This document shows, in pieces, positions 13,301-24,756 of a stretch of DNA of 64,000 nt (its first letter is position 1; every line of letters starts with the position of its first letter). This stretch comes from Psammoneis japonica (Eukaryota), in the NCBI GenBank assembly GCA_008632985.1, contig QPGO01000090.1:124001-188000 (forward strand). Direction: 5' to 3'. The position numbers and the translations under genes were made by a program. The notes below the pieces were generated by a model, which had not been told where the DNA came from, did not search any database, and was given only the letters and a program-made list of their open reading frames with translations.

Positions 13301-15716
13301 ATGCTGAAAAGCAGAACTTGATGACCAGAGTTGGTTTTCCGTTGACGGCGGGGGAGAAAGCCATACTGAGGATTTCATACATTGTATCATCCATTCCCTG
13401 GTCTGCAATACCATTAATGGCATGTGCCACTTCCTCATGGATTTCCTCGACGCTTGCAATTACCCCAGATGTAGCGTGCTTCAGACTGAGCCATCGTCCC
13501 ACACTTTTCACCGCGAGCGGGTGGCACCCACACACCCTAACCACCGATTTGGCTTCTCTCGATGAAGTCATCACGTGGTCAGAAGGCTGGCCAGATTCTG
13601 TCACTAGAAGACGAATCGACTCCGCTTCGTTCAATAGATCGATTTCAACTGTATCTGCTGCGGGTAGCATATCCCGTATACGCGTAATGACGACAACGCC
13701 ATACGACGCCTTGCCATCTTTGTCAGCCGCACCTGCAGGCACGGTCGTGGTAGACGAGCCTTTGTTGGCACCAAACCGAAACCAATCAACGTCCGACTTG
13801 AACTCAACATCGTCTAGAACAACCAAAACACGTCGTCCGTGCAGTAATGATGCAATCGCGTCCCGGGCGTAAAGCATGAAGCCATACTCACGTCGAGCCC
13901 TTGCAGATCTCGTCTCACCTGGATTGCGAACCATTTCTGGTAGGAGAGGCATGGCTTCACAAAACTCAAGCTGAGAACAAAGATCTCGTAGACACTGACA
14001 GTACCGGAAATAGGACATTGCTTGCGATCCCACGTAAACCCATGCGACACCATCGGCATAGAACCTTCGTACGTCTTCATGAGACGTCACCATTGCCGTC
14101 ATGGTAGTCTTTCCCACTCCACTCATTCCAATCGAGGTCGGGTCGTTCCACACTTCTGGAACAGACGACACAGCGACGATAGAATCTGTGCCGTCCGATA
14201 GGCTCAAATGAGTACTTAGACCTTGAACATTGTAGAACTCGGAAGAAATATTGGAATCCGTCACAGCTTCAGGAGGCAAGATTCTGCGCAAGATATTAGC
14301 CATGACTTGTGCACGAGGCAGGGGATCACCCTGAACTTTATCCAATACCTCAAGTGCCATTGGCGGAACGGGAGCCCAGTTATCAGGGCCATCATCTATA
14401 TCAACCGATGAGTCGCGCACTGGTGGTGGTGATACGTTGCAAACCCGTCCAAGTTCCTTCTTATTCGGACACCAGTCATCTGTAGATATGAGAACGTCAA
14501 AGCACAACTGACGAAATGAAATCATATCCCGAGAGCTAAAGAGACTCGGTTCTAGCTTGTCTCCGTGGCCTGCAACACTCCATGCCTGACATAGTTTGGT
14601 GGGAAGCTGATAATCTGGCACAGGGCGGCCTTCGAACAATCCGACAATTTCTATTGTCGTTCGATCCAACAGTTCCACCAACGTGACAAGGCAGAGTTCT
14701 GCCCGGGATGAGTATTCTTGTCGTTGGCTTATCCTTGTCACAACCTCAGTCAAGAGACGCACAATGGTTTCCAAGCGCTGTAGTAGATCGTCTTGATCGG
14801 CTGAAGGCTCTTCTTCGTACAGGTAGTGCTGCAAAACTGGCCGAAGTTGTCCAAAAACTTGTTCCGTGATGGGCGCAATACTAAGAGCAGAGGTAAGGGC
14901 GTCCATAGACATGACTTTTTCAATAGCGTCTCTATTGCTCGTGACCCCTGCGAGCTCCAATTCATTGGAAACTTGCAAGAACGCCTTTGTCAATTTCTCG
15001 AACGCATGCACCGTGCCATGCTCAGCTTCCGCCACTTGACACTTGGTATCGTCGTCTTTGGCTAAAAGATTTCCTAAGCTAGATTTCCTGTCGGGATGAA
15101 GCTCTTTGAGCATCTCACCCACACCTAACTCCAATTCCTGCAAGGCTTCAACTCGTTCATAATAGTGGCTACGCTCTTCTGCTTCATCTGAACTCGATTC
15201 TTCTTCCTCATCCTCCTCAGGAATAGCTGAAGTGGGTGAGAAAGATCGTCTCTTGACAAACTCCTGCTCCTCTTCCTGACTTGGAGAATCATAGGAAGTA
15301 CTTTCGTCCTCTTCTTCACTTGTGTAGTCGCTTGACTCTCCCTCGTAACTTTCATCTTGTGATTCGTCGTCGTCTCCATTCCCTGTCACGTCATTAGTCG
15401 CCGTTGCGTCGTACACTTGCATTCCTTCGTACCCCCGTTGTTCTGACCGGGACGAAAGGTCCATCGAATCATCCTGCAATGACCCTCGATCATGATCCGA
15501 CGCGTCATGTGGGACTGGGTAGGGTTTTTCACTACCATCACTTGACGTGGTCGCAAACGACTGATCATCCTCCTCCCTCGTCGATAAATCTTCTGAAGTT
15601 GATGTCTCGTCGTAAGACGAATCCTCTTCTATGTACGATGAATCTTCCTCCTCCTCCTCCTCCACGTAGTCATTTTCACCATAGTCTTGACTGTCTTCTT
15701 CACCACGGGACGTCAT
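10389..15716 (-). CDS. STAND NTPase of NB-ARC type with a long C-terminal TPR array (NLR-like); acidic low-complexity N-terminus
   Basis: Walker A GMSGVGKT, Walker B VLVVLDDV, GxPLA-like GCHPLAV, then many ~42-aa kinesin-light-chain-type TPRs (e.g. ALQCFEEALNIRKLRLGEDSKEVGDTLNMMG). Intronless ORF; start taken at MTSRGEE. Confidence 0.9.
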   Translation of the reverse strand: MTSRGEEDSQDYGENDYVEEEEEEDSSYIEEDSSYDETSTSEDLSTREEDDQSFATTSSDGSEKPYPVPHDASDHDRGSLQDDSMDLSSRSEQRGYEGMQVYDATATNDVTGNGDDDESQDESYEGESSDYTSEEEDESTSYDSPSQEEEQEFVKRRSFSPTSAIPEEDEEEESSSDEAEERSHYYERVEALQELELGVGEMLKELHPDRKSSLGNLLAKDDDTKCQVAEAEHGTVHAFEKLTKAFLQVSNELELAGVTSNRDAIEKVMSMDALTSALSIAPITEQVFGQLRPVLQHYLYEEEPSADQDDLLQRLETIVRLLTEVVTRISQRQEYSSRAELCLVTLVELLDRTTIEIVGLFEGRPVPDYQLPTKLCQAWSVAGHGDKLEPSLFSSRDMISFRQLCFDVLISTDDWCPNKKELGRVCNVSPPPVRDSSVDIDDGPDNWAPVPPMALEVLDKVQGDPLPRAQVMANILRRILPPEAVTDSNISSEFYNVQGLSTHLSLSDGTDSIVAVSSVPEVWNDPTSIGMSGVGKTTMTAMVTSHEDVRRFYADGVAWVYVGSQAMSYFRYCQCLRDLCSQLEFCEAMPLLPEMVRNPGETRSARARREYGFMLYARDAIASLLHGRRVLVVLDDVEFKSDVDWFRFGANKGSSTTTVPAGAADKDGKASYGVVVITRIRDMLPAADTVEIDLLNEAESIRLLVTESGQPSDHVMTSSREAKSVVRVCGCHPLAVKSVGRWLSLKHATSGVIASVEEIHEEVAHAINGIADQGMDDTMYEILSMAFSPAVNGKPTLVIKFCFSAFCTVFCSRQHHSLFSPIEVQPVIPMALAELLFETLLELEEEKLFQEGSLFFSQRREATMLIPEALSALGVMKVIASSADDQSFDEATNESSADSSSQTLFLQIMHESQREYGEYLAFEEDELLGLTEDAERRWNREFVNAYMTSLDSWDIETLDASRDYAVEMIVSHMLRAEMYEEASKLLQDKEFVKARVDTMGREHATRQHITDCEELYELLKDRTEKVKKRKKHPRVLMERAYKTLGNFLTVGDSGCEAEEEQALYLETGRAQYAIGYSLAEKRSWHSAILHWETSQDLLIASLGFVEFVAAVLVNSGMAFAEINQYEKALSSLKRSLRIRGVIHGEKHILYAQTIQKIGDVFLGMSDYNEAMDSYNWALDVMHIEPDYHRINIGDVFENMGNIHYSKGDVPEALKSYEDSLRSKKVELGSDHYELSTIYQHIGNCLSDQGDAEEAIAHFEEAIRLRKLDPEGGFEQDADILSIEGVLNNLHGRQEQGLHCYEKCLELLVTKVPHRKEKIAALLHLIGCVYLLNGEHKKAMRLFEESLHARQKILGLVHLDVASTLFNMAFLHQMRNRLGKALKCLEEALKIRQLRLPDSEKVALTHEKIGTLSKAVGHSQKAETAFQEALRIRKLVHGEDHELVGAVLHELGDLADDMGDYDQAMRYYAEALDIRRKSLGPDHEDVAATLYSMGFTLHNQDEPERALQCFEEALNIRKLRLGEDSKEVGDTLNMMGFLQAKRGEMDDALSLLWDALRIRKLQEDLIKVCETLKNIGNVHREKREHDLAAECYEECLRIRRTELGDGHEKVADALVAIGNVRSDMEETEAAMQAYKEALTIRTMVHGRNDEKVAAVLQYMGTMEFRSGDFDSAQRYLEEFVRIRRENQAEKDGEFVNVLFMMGNIHKIEGRDLDAKQCWSEAYQVFQDLGLAEENPQLAKVMDSLLQGDGMYDEGFAGASDSKKRGFLNRIMETMRE

Positions 15717-16086
15717 CTCGCAACATACCATGCCGTTCTGAACACGGCAAAAAGCGAAACACAAAACGGCATGTTTCGCAAAATCAAGCGGTCACAAATC
15801 CATCGCCAACAGACAATAGGAATTGTAATATTGTATATATCGTTGAGGGTAAATCATTTAATTGTACATATTAAACATTTTATAATGATTTTGAAGAACT
15901 ATTGACTTATTGTACCCTTCACGATCGACCAATGTCTTATTTACACAGCTTTTGTGATATAAAACAATTATAGATAATTATAGTTAAAAATTATAAACTG
16001 TATACAACATTTAAGGTTTCGAGCTATTTTAAATTAGACCGCAGCACGTAGATCCATCCTTAAAAAGCAATCCGAAATCGAGAATA

Positions 16087-16430
16087 ATGAAATCCATCGT
16101 CACGAAGCAGCGCCCACACACAAACCTCTCAAGCGCATCTGCCTCACAGCAGATTCGAGGCTTTGTCGTTGTGCAGCAGGTGTGGCTGATTTTCTTTCTG
16201 GGTTTTCTTGTCTCTGCTTGTTGGGGCTCATTTTGGCTTCAGCAACAAAGCCGCGCAGTTGTCACACTCTCACAGCATCTTGTTCTCTTGCGTGTCTCAT
16301 GGCTCTGCTCTCCACCGGCATGCACAGAGCTCTGGAGTCATGAGCTCATGGTGGTGATGTGGAGGGCAAGGTGATCTTGAGTGCTTGCTTTGTTTTGCCC
16401 TGTCTCCATCCATGTCTTGGTCCTTGCCTG
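16087..16430 (+). repeat. Diverged direct repeat, copy A (partner at 19602-19982)
   Basis: Shares long blocks with copy B, e.g. CACAAACCTCTCAAGCGC, TTTCTTTCTGGGTTTTCTTGTCTCTGCTTGTTGGG and GAGTCATGAGCTCATGG. Confidence 0.9.
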
Positions 16431-19400
16431 CTGCCATGCAAAAGATGTCCGGAATTCCGGAGTTTTTTGGCTTTTTGTGTGGAATCATGTAGAAAGTGTG
16501 CCACCAGAGACCTCAAACGTTCCTGGCATCCGTGACTGAAATTTCACCGCGGTGAAGTGCGAGAGTTGAATGATTTGATTGGACTCAACTGGACATTGAA
16601 AACGGCACGTTGCAACTTGATGCATCTTGCCATGACACACATTGTCAGAGGCCCGCATCCATGACTTGTCTTGTGGTCTGACCAGCAGTCATTGTTGTAG
16701 ACAGCGTTTGTGAGAGCCCGCACACATTGTGTTTGTTTGTGATGAATCATGGCCATTCAACATGAATCACACCAGTTCGCCACAAATCGGTGTGGTTGAA
16801 ATGAACAAATGAACGTCCACACCAACCAACAAATGTCGCGGACTTTTGCAAACAGCCATCAATCCCAATGAGTGAGGTGCTGACCAATCAGTTGACGACT
16901 CCAAACTGGTTGCTTTGTGGGATCTCACTTTTCTCATTGCCGCTGACCAGGTGATGACTGAATGCAGTGTTGTGATTTATTTTCAATTTGTGCTGTGGAA
17001 GTCAATCGGTTGACCGGTGTGTTCAAACATTGTTTTCCATGGTCCCATCCGTTTGTTGCATGTCTCTGCTGCAATTGACTGTCAACAAGTGTGGTTGCAA
17101 TTCATGGCCACTGAATCACTCTTGACCAAACTGCCCCAACTCCAGTTTGTGTGTTTCTGCACAGTTGACCTGGTGGTTGTCTTCATCATCTGAACCATCC
17201 TGTGCTTCTTCTGCCACCCATTGATCTTGCTCAGTTGCAACGGCTCTGCAGAGCTCTCCCCCACCATCCGAGGCATCCGCTTGCAACATCTTGTTTGACA
17301 TCTCCATGACCATGTCAACAAAGAACTTGCTGGCCTTTGGTGACCACCCTTTGCTCTTCCTTGGTGTCTTGCGCTTCCTCGGTCCTGTGTTTCTGTCTGC
17401 GTCTTTTGGTTTCACCACCGTGAAATGCTTGAGTGTCCTGACAAGCTTTCTCTTCTTGCTGGATGCACCCGCATTGTTTTGGATGTCAACAAGCAATTTT
17501 GCAGCCTTGGTCAGAGCCGTGACTTGTTGTGCAGGCTTTGGCTCATCTTTGATCTTCTTGACCATGGCGTCCCATTTTGTGATGGACTCTTCTCTTGTGT
17601 CCTTGAACTTCTGCTTCAGTTCTTGCACTGACAAACCTTCCTCCCCCAACATCTCTTGTGGATCTTTCTGGAGCAGCACAACATGCTCCAGTCCTGGTTG
17701 TCCTTTTCCTTGGCTGTTGTGAGGTCTGGCATGATGGTCTTGCACAAGTCCTTGCCTCCCTCTTGGTCCATTGGGCCTCCATCATCAACCAACTCCATGT
17801 CGTAATCCATCATCAAAGTCCTGTCCTCGTTTCAGCTCTTGCACTTGGCATGGCATTTTGCCAATTTCAAAAATGTGGTTGTTTCCTTGGTGCTTTGCAG
17901 TGCACTCTCAACGGAACATCACACGTCACAGCACAAGGCATGTGATGAGCTCAAGAGCACACAGGTTCAAGTGGGCAGCTGATGGTGAAAATTCTTGCTG
18001 GAGGTTTGCATTGATGACACTGTTTCTGTTGCATCACGACCGACCTCATGCATTGCCATTTGTGCTGTGTTTTTCTATGAGGCTTCATGCATTTGTGTTG
18101 TTTTGACTTGCACATGTGTTGTCTTTTCCTGTTGTTGTTTTGTTCCGCAGGGTCTCAGTCATTGTGAGCCATCCCTGAGAAAGAAATGCATGCCCAGAAT
18201 GTCATTTCCACCTTGTGATGGCCACGGCAGTCTGACAACAAGGCCAAGTCACAGACACAGCACAAGGATGACTTCACAACAAATGCGGCAGCTTGGATCT
18301 ATGGTGTTTGAAGATGTTCAAGCTCTTGTCAGCTCAGATTTGTTGTTGAGCAATTTTGACGCGCATTTGATGTGACTCCAGAAGCTGATGCGGACTTTTG
18401 TTTGACAGAGAAACAAGCCATGGTGATTGTGATGGTTTGCATTGAATCTGCAGCTGCAAGGCAGTTTGTGATGCAGAAACATGTGACTCATTTGCCTCAT
18501 TTGCCAAGCCTGTGCAACACATTTAGAGGTGAAAAACGGGACAAAATGTGCACAGTGCCAAGTCTCCAAAAACAGCACAAGAGTGCAAGCTCAAAAGAAG
18601 AATTGGCTTCACAACTTGTCATGGGAGTGCAGAGCTCATTTTTCTGGGGCATCATGTCTCTGTTGTTTTTATTGAGTGAACATTCACTGGTGTTGTTGCT
18701 GCCAATGTGTGAGTTCACCTTGACAACATGTTGCACTGCATTCTGAGATTTTGGAATGAAAAAACAACTTGCACTCTTTGCATCATTCTGTCATGACAGA
18801 AACACATGAGCCATCCCTGGCCCTTTTGGAGAAATTGGGCAAGCAAAGGAGAAGCTGCAGACAGATGCGGACAGCGCCATTTTGATGGATTGTCATCAGG
18901 TGGTGTGTGTCGTGAGGAGGCGTCATGATGGAGTGCCACTTTGTGTTTTTGCACTGTGTCTGTGTGGGAATGTGCGTGCTTGGCTCTCATGCAGTTTCTG
19001 TGTAAAAAGTGCACCAGGCAATCTCTGGACTGCCCTCTTAAAAATTGTGAACTGTGCACAACATTCTGGGTTTCGTTAAAAAGCAACAAGCCACGTGCAG
19101 GGGGGTTGTGAGTCCCGAAAAACAGGGTTTTGGCCGATTTCTGGTGCAAAACCCATGTAGAAAATTCACGTAGAATGTCTTGTTTGTTGTGCTTTTCCCA
19201 TGCTTTGTGAAAAACAGGCCACGACCTCAAGGAATCAATTTCAGTCACAATGGTTGACACTTTGCGCACTTGTTTTTTGATGAGAAACACGACGATGTCC
19301 ACCATTCTGGCAAAATTCCATCATTGGAAAATGTCCACCTTGGTGGGACTGCAGTGAAGTGTTGATCAAATTTCTGAAAATGGAATTTTTAAGTGTTCAT

Positions 19401-20050
19401 GCACTGAATTGTGTCATTTGTGTAAAAGTCATCATGTAAAGTGTCAATGGTTTCAGGGGAAAATGATTCCTGAGGCGTCGGCGGAGCAAAGAAGCGCGGC
19501 CCAAACCCTGTTTTTGTCATTTTTTCTACGTAAAAATTCTGTGTGATTTTTGCACCAGTGCACATGGCTTATCTGCAAATCTAGAACACATGCACACAGC
19601 AATGAAGTCCATCTGTCACGAAGCAGCCCACAGCACAAACCTCTCAAGCGCGTCTGCCTCACAGATTCGAGGCTTTGTCGTTGTGTTCACATGTGGGGCT
19701 TTGCAGGGGCAGTGGGGATGGCTGATTTTCTTTCTGGGTTTTCTTGTCTCTGCTTGTTGGGATTCATTTTGGCTTTGGCAACAAAGCCGTGCAGTTGTCG
19801 CACTCATGGCATCTTGTTCTCTCTTGCGTGTCATGGCTCCACTCTGTGGCACCGGCATGCACAGAGCTCGAGAGTCATGAGCTCATGGCAGTGATGTGGA
19901 GGGCGAGGTGATCTTGAGTGCTTGCGTTGTTTGTTGTTTTGCCCTGTCTCCAGCCATCCATGTCTATCTTGGTCCTTGCTTGGTCGTTGTTGTTTTTGGA
20001 GTTGAAGCACCGATGTGATGGCAACAACTGCGGCAAGAACCATCGCGCGC
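16090..20050. mobile_element. TpA-depleted island 2, containing a decayed minus-strand coding remnant (17116-17816), probably a DNA-transposon accessory gene
   Basis: About 20 TA in 4 kb by eye. The 209-aa ORF has no Tyr, a K-rich segment, a KGWSPKASKFF motif and an acidic tail. The island is bounded by direct repeats. Confidence 0.55.
19602..19982 (+). repeat. Diverged direct repeat, copy B (partner at 16087-16430)
   Basis: Aligns with copy A along its length, with short indels and TG/CA/CG swaps. Confidence 0.9.
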
Positions 20051-20276
20051 GCGCAGTTTTGAGCTGTATTCAAGCTGCAGAAGAATATAAAAAATCTCCT
20101 ATTATTCAGGCACGAAGGACAAGATAGTGTATTTGAATTTCCAAACCGACGGGCGGGCGGGCGGGATTTGGAGGAGGCAGTCGGTCGTCGTCATTCATCG
20201 TTGCTTGATTTGTTGATGGGTTCGTTCTTTTCTTTTGATCCACTCTCTCTTCCCTCCGACGCTTCGAGTAGAGACC

Positions 20277-21496
20277 ATGACGATGCATCGTATTCTCCTC
20301 TGGGCTGCAGCTTACTTCTCCATAGTCTTACTGGAGATAACAATCATATCCAGATTGTCCGGTTCATTTCGACTGTTCAATGGAGCACGCACAAGAACTA
20401 AGGATGGTGTTGTAGTCAGTCGCACAAGAGGAAGAGGATCACAAGCCTCTATTTATTCTGCACGTCGGCCCACCAAAGACTGGAACTACAACGATACAGC
20501 GGTTTGCAATAAAGTATCGAGCTCTGCTGAAACAAGACAATGTATACTATGTTGGAAATGGAAGATTCGAAGAAGGCATCTGCACGCACGAGTTGGCTAG
20601 GAGCTGCCGGTTGGGGAGCCTTGAAGAATGCAAGACACAATGGGAAGCTCTTCGGAAAGTGCTGGATTACCACCACGGACTCAATCACACAGTGTTTATT
20701 TCAGAAGAGAACTTCTCATTGTTTCTGGATGAGGGCTTGGAGCGTGATCGTCTTTTCAAGTACTTGCGTCCACTCCTCGACCGCTGGCGAGTTCACGTAA
20801 TCTTTTCTTACCGACGACACTATGAATTTCTCTCCAGTCAGTATATGCAGCACCACGATCCAGCAAAAAGACCGGAGTGGAAAGTTTGGCCGACAATGGG
20901 AGGGAACGAAACCCCATCATTCCCTGAGTTTGTTGACTCTTGGGAGCAGGCCCCTGGTTTATACGAACCGGTTTCGATGAAGACAAGATGGCAACAAAAC
21001 TTTCCAAACCGGGAGGTTTCAATCTTCAACTTTCATTCCGACGGTTCTTTGTTGCAGAACTTCTTTTGTGTCGAGATACCACAGGCCGCAAGAGCTTGCC
21101 AGCACCTTCGTAAAGAAAAGGAGCGACCGTCACCAACCCGTCCTCTCCAAAGATTTACATTTCGACATGATTGCTGTCGCTGCCTACAAGCGAGCCATCA
21201 TACGCAATAAGACATTGACAAGGGCAGAAGCCGCCCAGGCGGCGAAAGAATACGCGTCCCAACTCGGACTGTCGAAGCTAGCAGACTTTCCGCTTGAAGG
21301 CTTGTCACCCCATCAGGCACAAGCCTTGCTATTGCATTCTCATAAAGTCGAACAGGCCTTGGTGCCTGATTTTTACTCTCCTAATGACATTGAATCCGGT
21401 TTTCAACAACACATGAATGAACACCGGTTTGCTTCTGTGAATACCAAAGCAGTCTTGAAAGACCAACGGTGGTCTCACTTCTTTTTGAGCCTCTAA
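20277..21496 (+). CDS. Type II membrane, sulfotransferase-like P-loop protein (frameshifted in this assembly)
   Basis: Signal anchor MTMHRILLWAAAYFSIVLL. LFILHVGPPKTGTTTIQ is read in an alternative frame at ~20446-20499. FISEENFS and WRVHVIFSYRRHYEFLSSQY follow. At least three frame changes. Confidence 0.7.
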
Positions 21497-21622
21497 TAAC
21501 GAAAAATCATAACTTTTAGTAGCTACTCTTCAAATCGGCCATCTCGGCTAGAGCCTGGTCGCAACTTCAACATCATAGCAACTGGAGACTTCCATCCAAT
21601 TCACAACGATCAAAACCTCCAC

Positions 21623-23881
21623 TTATTCTTCCACTCCGTCCCGAGCCTCAATATCATTGCTATCACCTCTGTCAGGTGTCTGATCCGATTGCTCTCGCTT
21701 GGCAGCTCGTTCCGCTTCGAGTTCTTCCACAGAGAACCCATCCCTTCCCGCTTGTAGTCCCCGACCTAACGCAAGCGGGTTGCCATCCTCGCTCAAGTCA
21801 TATCGATCGTCACGCTGTCGTGGATTGTTCTTTCTACGTTTCTTTCTCCTTGGCTCGGCGGTATCAAAGTCACTTCCTGGACCCAATACTCGTTTGGTGG
21901 AAAAGCCTGGCGGCGGTGAAGGCCAATGGGTAGGACGTTCGACCAGAACATCCAACGAGGAGGCCACACGCATCAACACACGGGCTGTCGTTCCGCGTCT
22001 ACCATACCGATCATTCGTCACCTGTCAGTTGGTATAGTAATTAAGCGAAGGAATGACATTGTTGGACATGAGAACGAAAAACATACGAAGAACGACGTTG
22101 TTGGACCTGGGAACACAACGAGACACTCGAAACTCCAGAGGGCGAAAACGTACCTTTTTGATTGGGAAACGACAAAATTTCCATCCCATGTTGCCGAAAT
22201 CCGGTGGACTTGTGCTCTTCCTCTTCTGAGCTTCCTCGCTTGTTGACGCAGTATTGTTGGAAACAGTCACCTCAGGCGGTGGAGGCGACGGGAGTTCTTG
22301 TGACATGTGTTGCAAGGCACGCGACGCCGAATACTTGTCTTCAAACAAAATGTTGCACGACAACTCGCCCAGCCACTCGACATAGGATGGACCATAGCTT
22401 GAGAACCATGACTTTCATCCAAAGCAAAACAAAAGGGCGTGAGTCGTCACAGACAGGGGCATCCTCCAAATTACAGTGCTCGTCACAACTCACCATGATA
22501 TCATCGGTCCGATCTGTTTGAACGCCGCCCAATCAATACTACATATATGAATCTTTTCTGGAACAAAATTGGTTCGGGAGGCTTTTCAATAGCAAACTGC
22601 TCCTCCTCGTCCGCATCTGGTGGTGGCTGCAACCATAGCTTTTTCGGTGGGTCAGTACGATGGGGTCGAACCAATTCCTCGTTATCCCACGCTTGTTCCA
22701 AGGCAATGGGTTCCTCTTGCATGGCACTGTCAGCATTGTTCTCATCCGCATCATCCATTTGATCTTGGCCGTCTTCATCTTCTTCATTTCGGTTTCGTTT
22801 GAATCGGCCTTCTTGCTTCTTGCTTGGCGCGTTCTTCTGGCGACATGATATCAAAGCCAGTCTCAAACCCCTTTCTGGATTGGCCCGGAGACGCCGCGCC
22901 TGACTCCATTTGAAAAAAGCTTGCGGTGGTGGTTCCTTGTAGGGGATACCAAATTTGGCGGCTCGTGCCTTGGCCTTGCGGCATTCCTCCTTGTATTCCT
23001 CCAACAATTTTTGTGTTTCTTCTGTATCCTCTTGTGCTTGTACCGACACAAAGGGCATGTCGGCTGGCAGCGACGACAATATCTCGGTAGGAGGAGGTAC
23101 GGTTGTGACACAGACATTTCGTATTTTCAAGGCCGCGCGTTTCGTCCGAGTGCCGAATTGCCCAATCCCACATACTGCACAGCATCGACAGGAGAACGCA
23201 ACTGATGATAAAGCGAATCATCCAAGCTCCCAATGCACTGCTTTCCCGGAATTTTACCCACACCCACATAGACCTGTCCACTGACGAGTGCCACCCAATA
23301 CGAGACCCAATCCCGTTCCAAACAAACGCGGCTGGGCAACGTAACGTCGACGGCTTCCGACCCCGAAGGCAAGCGACGACGAATCACCGTGCTGACATTG
23401 CCCGACGCACCAAAATGAACAACATAGGTTTTGCCCAAACAAAAGGATGGCTGCGGTGATAGTGCGACTGCCACACACTCTCGTGCCATGGCTGTGTAAT
23501 ATTGCAAAAACGAATGTCAGATCCCATAAAGCATACTGGAACAACAAGTTGAGAAAAGAAAGATGAATTTCATATAAATTTCAAGTTTTTACCTTCCAGT
23601 GTCACAACCATGCCTTGTCCTGCTGGACATTGTACAGGAAGACGTAAATCGGCATGAAAGTGTACGTTATCCCATCCGCCGTATTCACGCTCCATGGGTG
23701 CCACGCGAATCGAATTGGCTTCACTCAGTACGGTACAGGGTAGAGTCAGCAGACCATCCACTTCGCCTTGTTTGGAAACAACCCACGGATCGTCTTGTGA
23801 TGTCTTGACAATGGCAGAGTGATGATTACATTCGGACGTGGTGGTGTACTCTCGTGCAATGGATGTGGATGACGAAAACAT
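21623..23881 (-). CDS. NCBP3: NCBP3-like (DUF2414 RRM) protein with an N-terminal farnesoic-acid-O-methyltransferase-like beta domain; multi-exon, frameshifted
   Basis: YGPSYVEWLGELSCNILFEDKYSASRAL matches the NCBP3 RRM pattern. YVVHFGASGNVSTVIRR...WVSYWVALVSGQVYVGVG resembles Methyltransf_FA. KARAAKFG motif present. GT-AG introns near 23590-23490, 22494-22420 and 22150-22022 (approximate). Confidence 0.65.
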
Positions 23882-24756
23882 GATGGAACAGCAATCTTTG
23901 CGCGCTTTTATGGAATGCTCGACCGGTTTGTGTTTTGTTACCTGAAGAAAATGAAGACAGCCTGCAAAACCTCGTGATACTCCACAAAGTAGACACAGGT
24001 CGTCCTCAAGCATATACAGAGAGCGCACAGTGAGAGACTTGTGTGTTCTCTTATGGTTTGCTGCTGTCGTCTAATGACAGTGTCAATGGCATGGATGCGT
24101 TGGAACCATGCCCAAAAACTGCGCCACACTTTTCCCGCCACTTTTTTTGTTTGCAAGGTCATTTGCGTTGAGAACCTTACTGCGTGCTCCCCAATTTAAA
24201 AACAGACAAACTCATAAACAGATGCCGGATACCGCTTTACTTTTTTCAGTTCTACGACGATCTCCGTACATTTCTACGTGAACCCAAACTCACCGCTCGC
24301 AAACAAACCGGCAACGACACTGCACTTGTGCTGACAGGAGCAAGAAGACGTGTGTGAGTGTTTTGTATGCGTCGGACGATAACGTTTGTTGGGCGGTCAA
24401 AGCATCTTCCTTGTGAATGTGTGGACGTGAGCTGTGTGTTTGTTTCAATGAACTGGGTCGCAAGCGCCATGGCGACGATTGTTTCGTCTCTCGTTTAATA
24501 GGATATGAGACCGAAACATACCTCACCAAGGCGTAAGCTCAGAGCATCACGCATTTGTCCTTTTTCAATACGAAGCACCAGCGTATGATAAAGTCGAACG
24601 TTGCTCTGTAATGAGAAATTGACAGATGTTTCCGCGTTTAAGACGATTTTTGTTCTCTGTTTTCTCTGTTGGGAAACAGTTTCTCGTGCTCTTTACTCAC
24701 ACTTTTTTGTTTTTGATGTTACAACTCTCCTCTCACTTTGATTAACAGTTTGAATC

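Noticed and set aside
15825..16040. Centromere-like low-GC region
   Set aside because: Only about 200 bp long and located in a promoter; too short to support the call.
16087..19982. LTR retrotransposon suggested by the flanking direct repeats
   Set aside because: No gag, protease, RT or integrase motifs inside, and no clear TG...CA ends, PBS or TSD.
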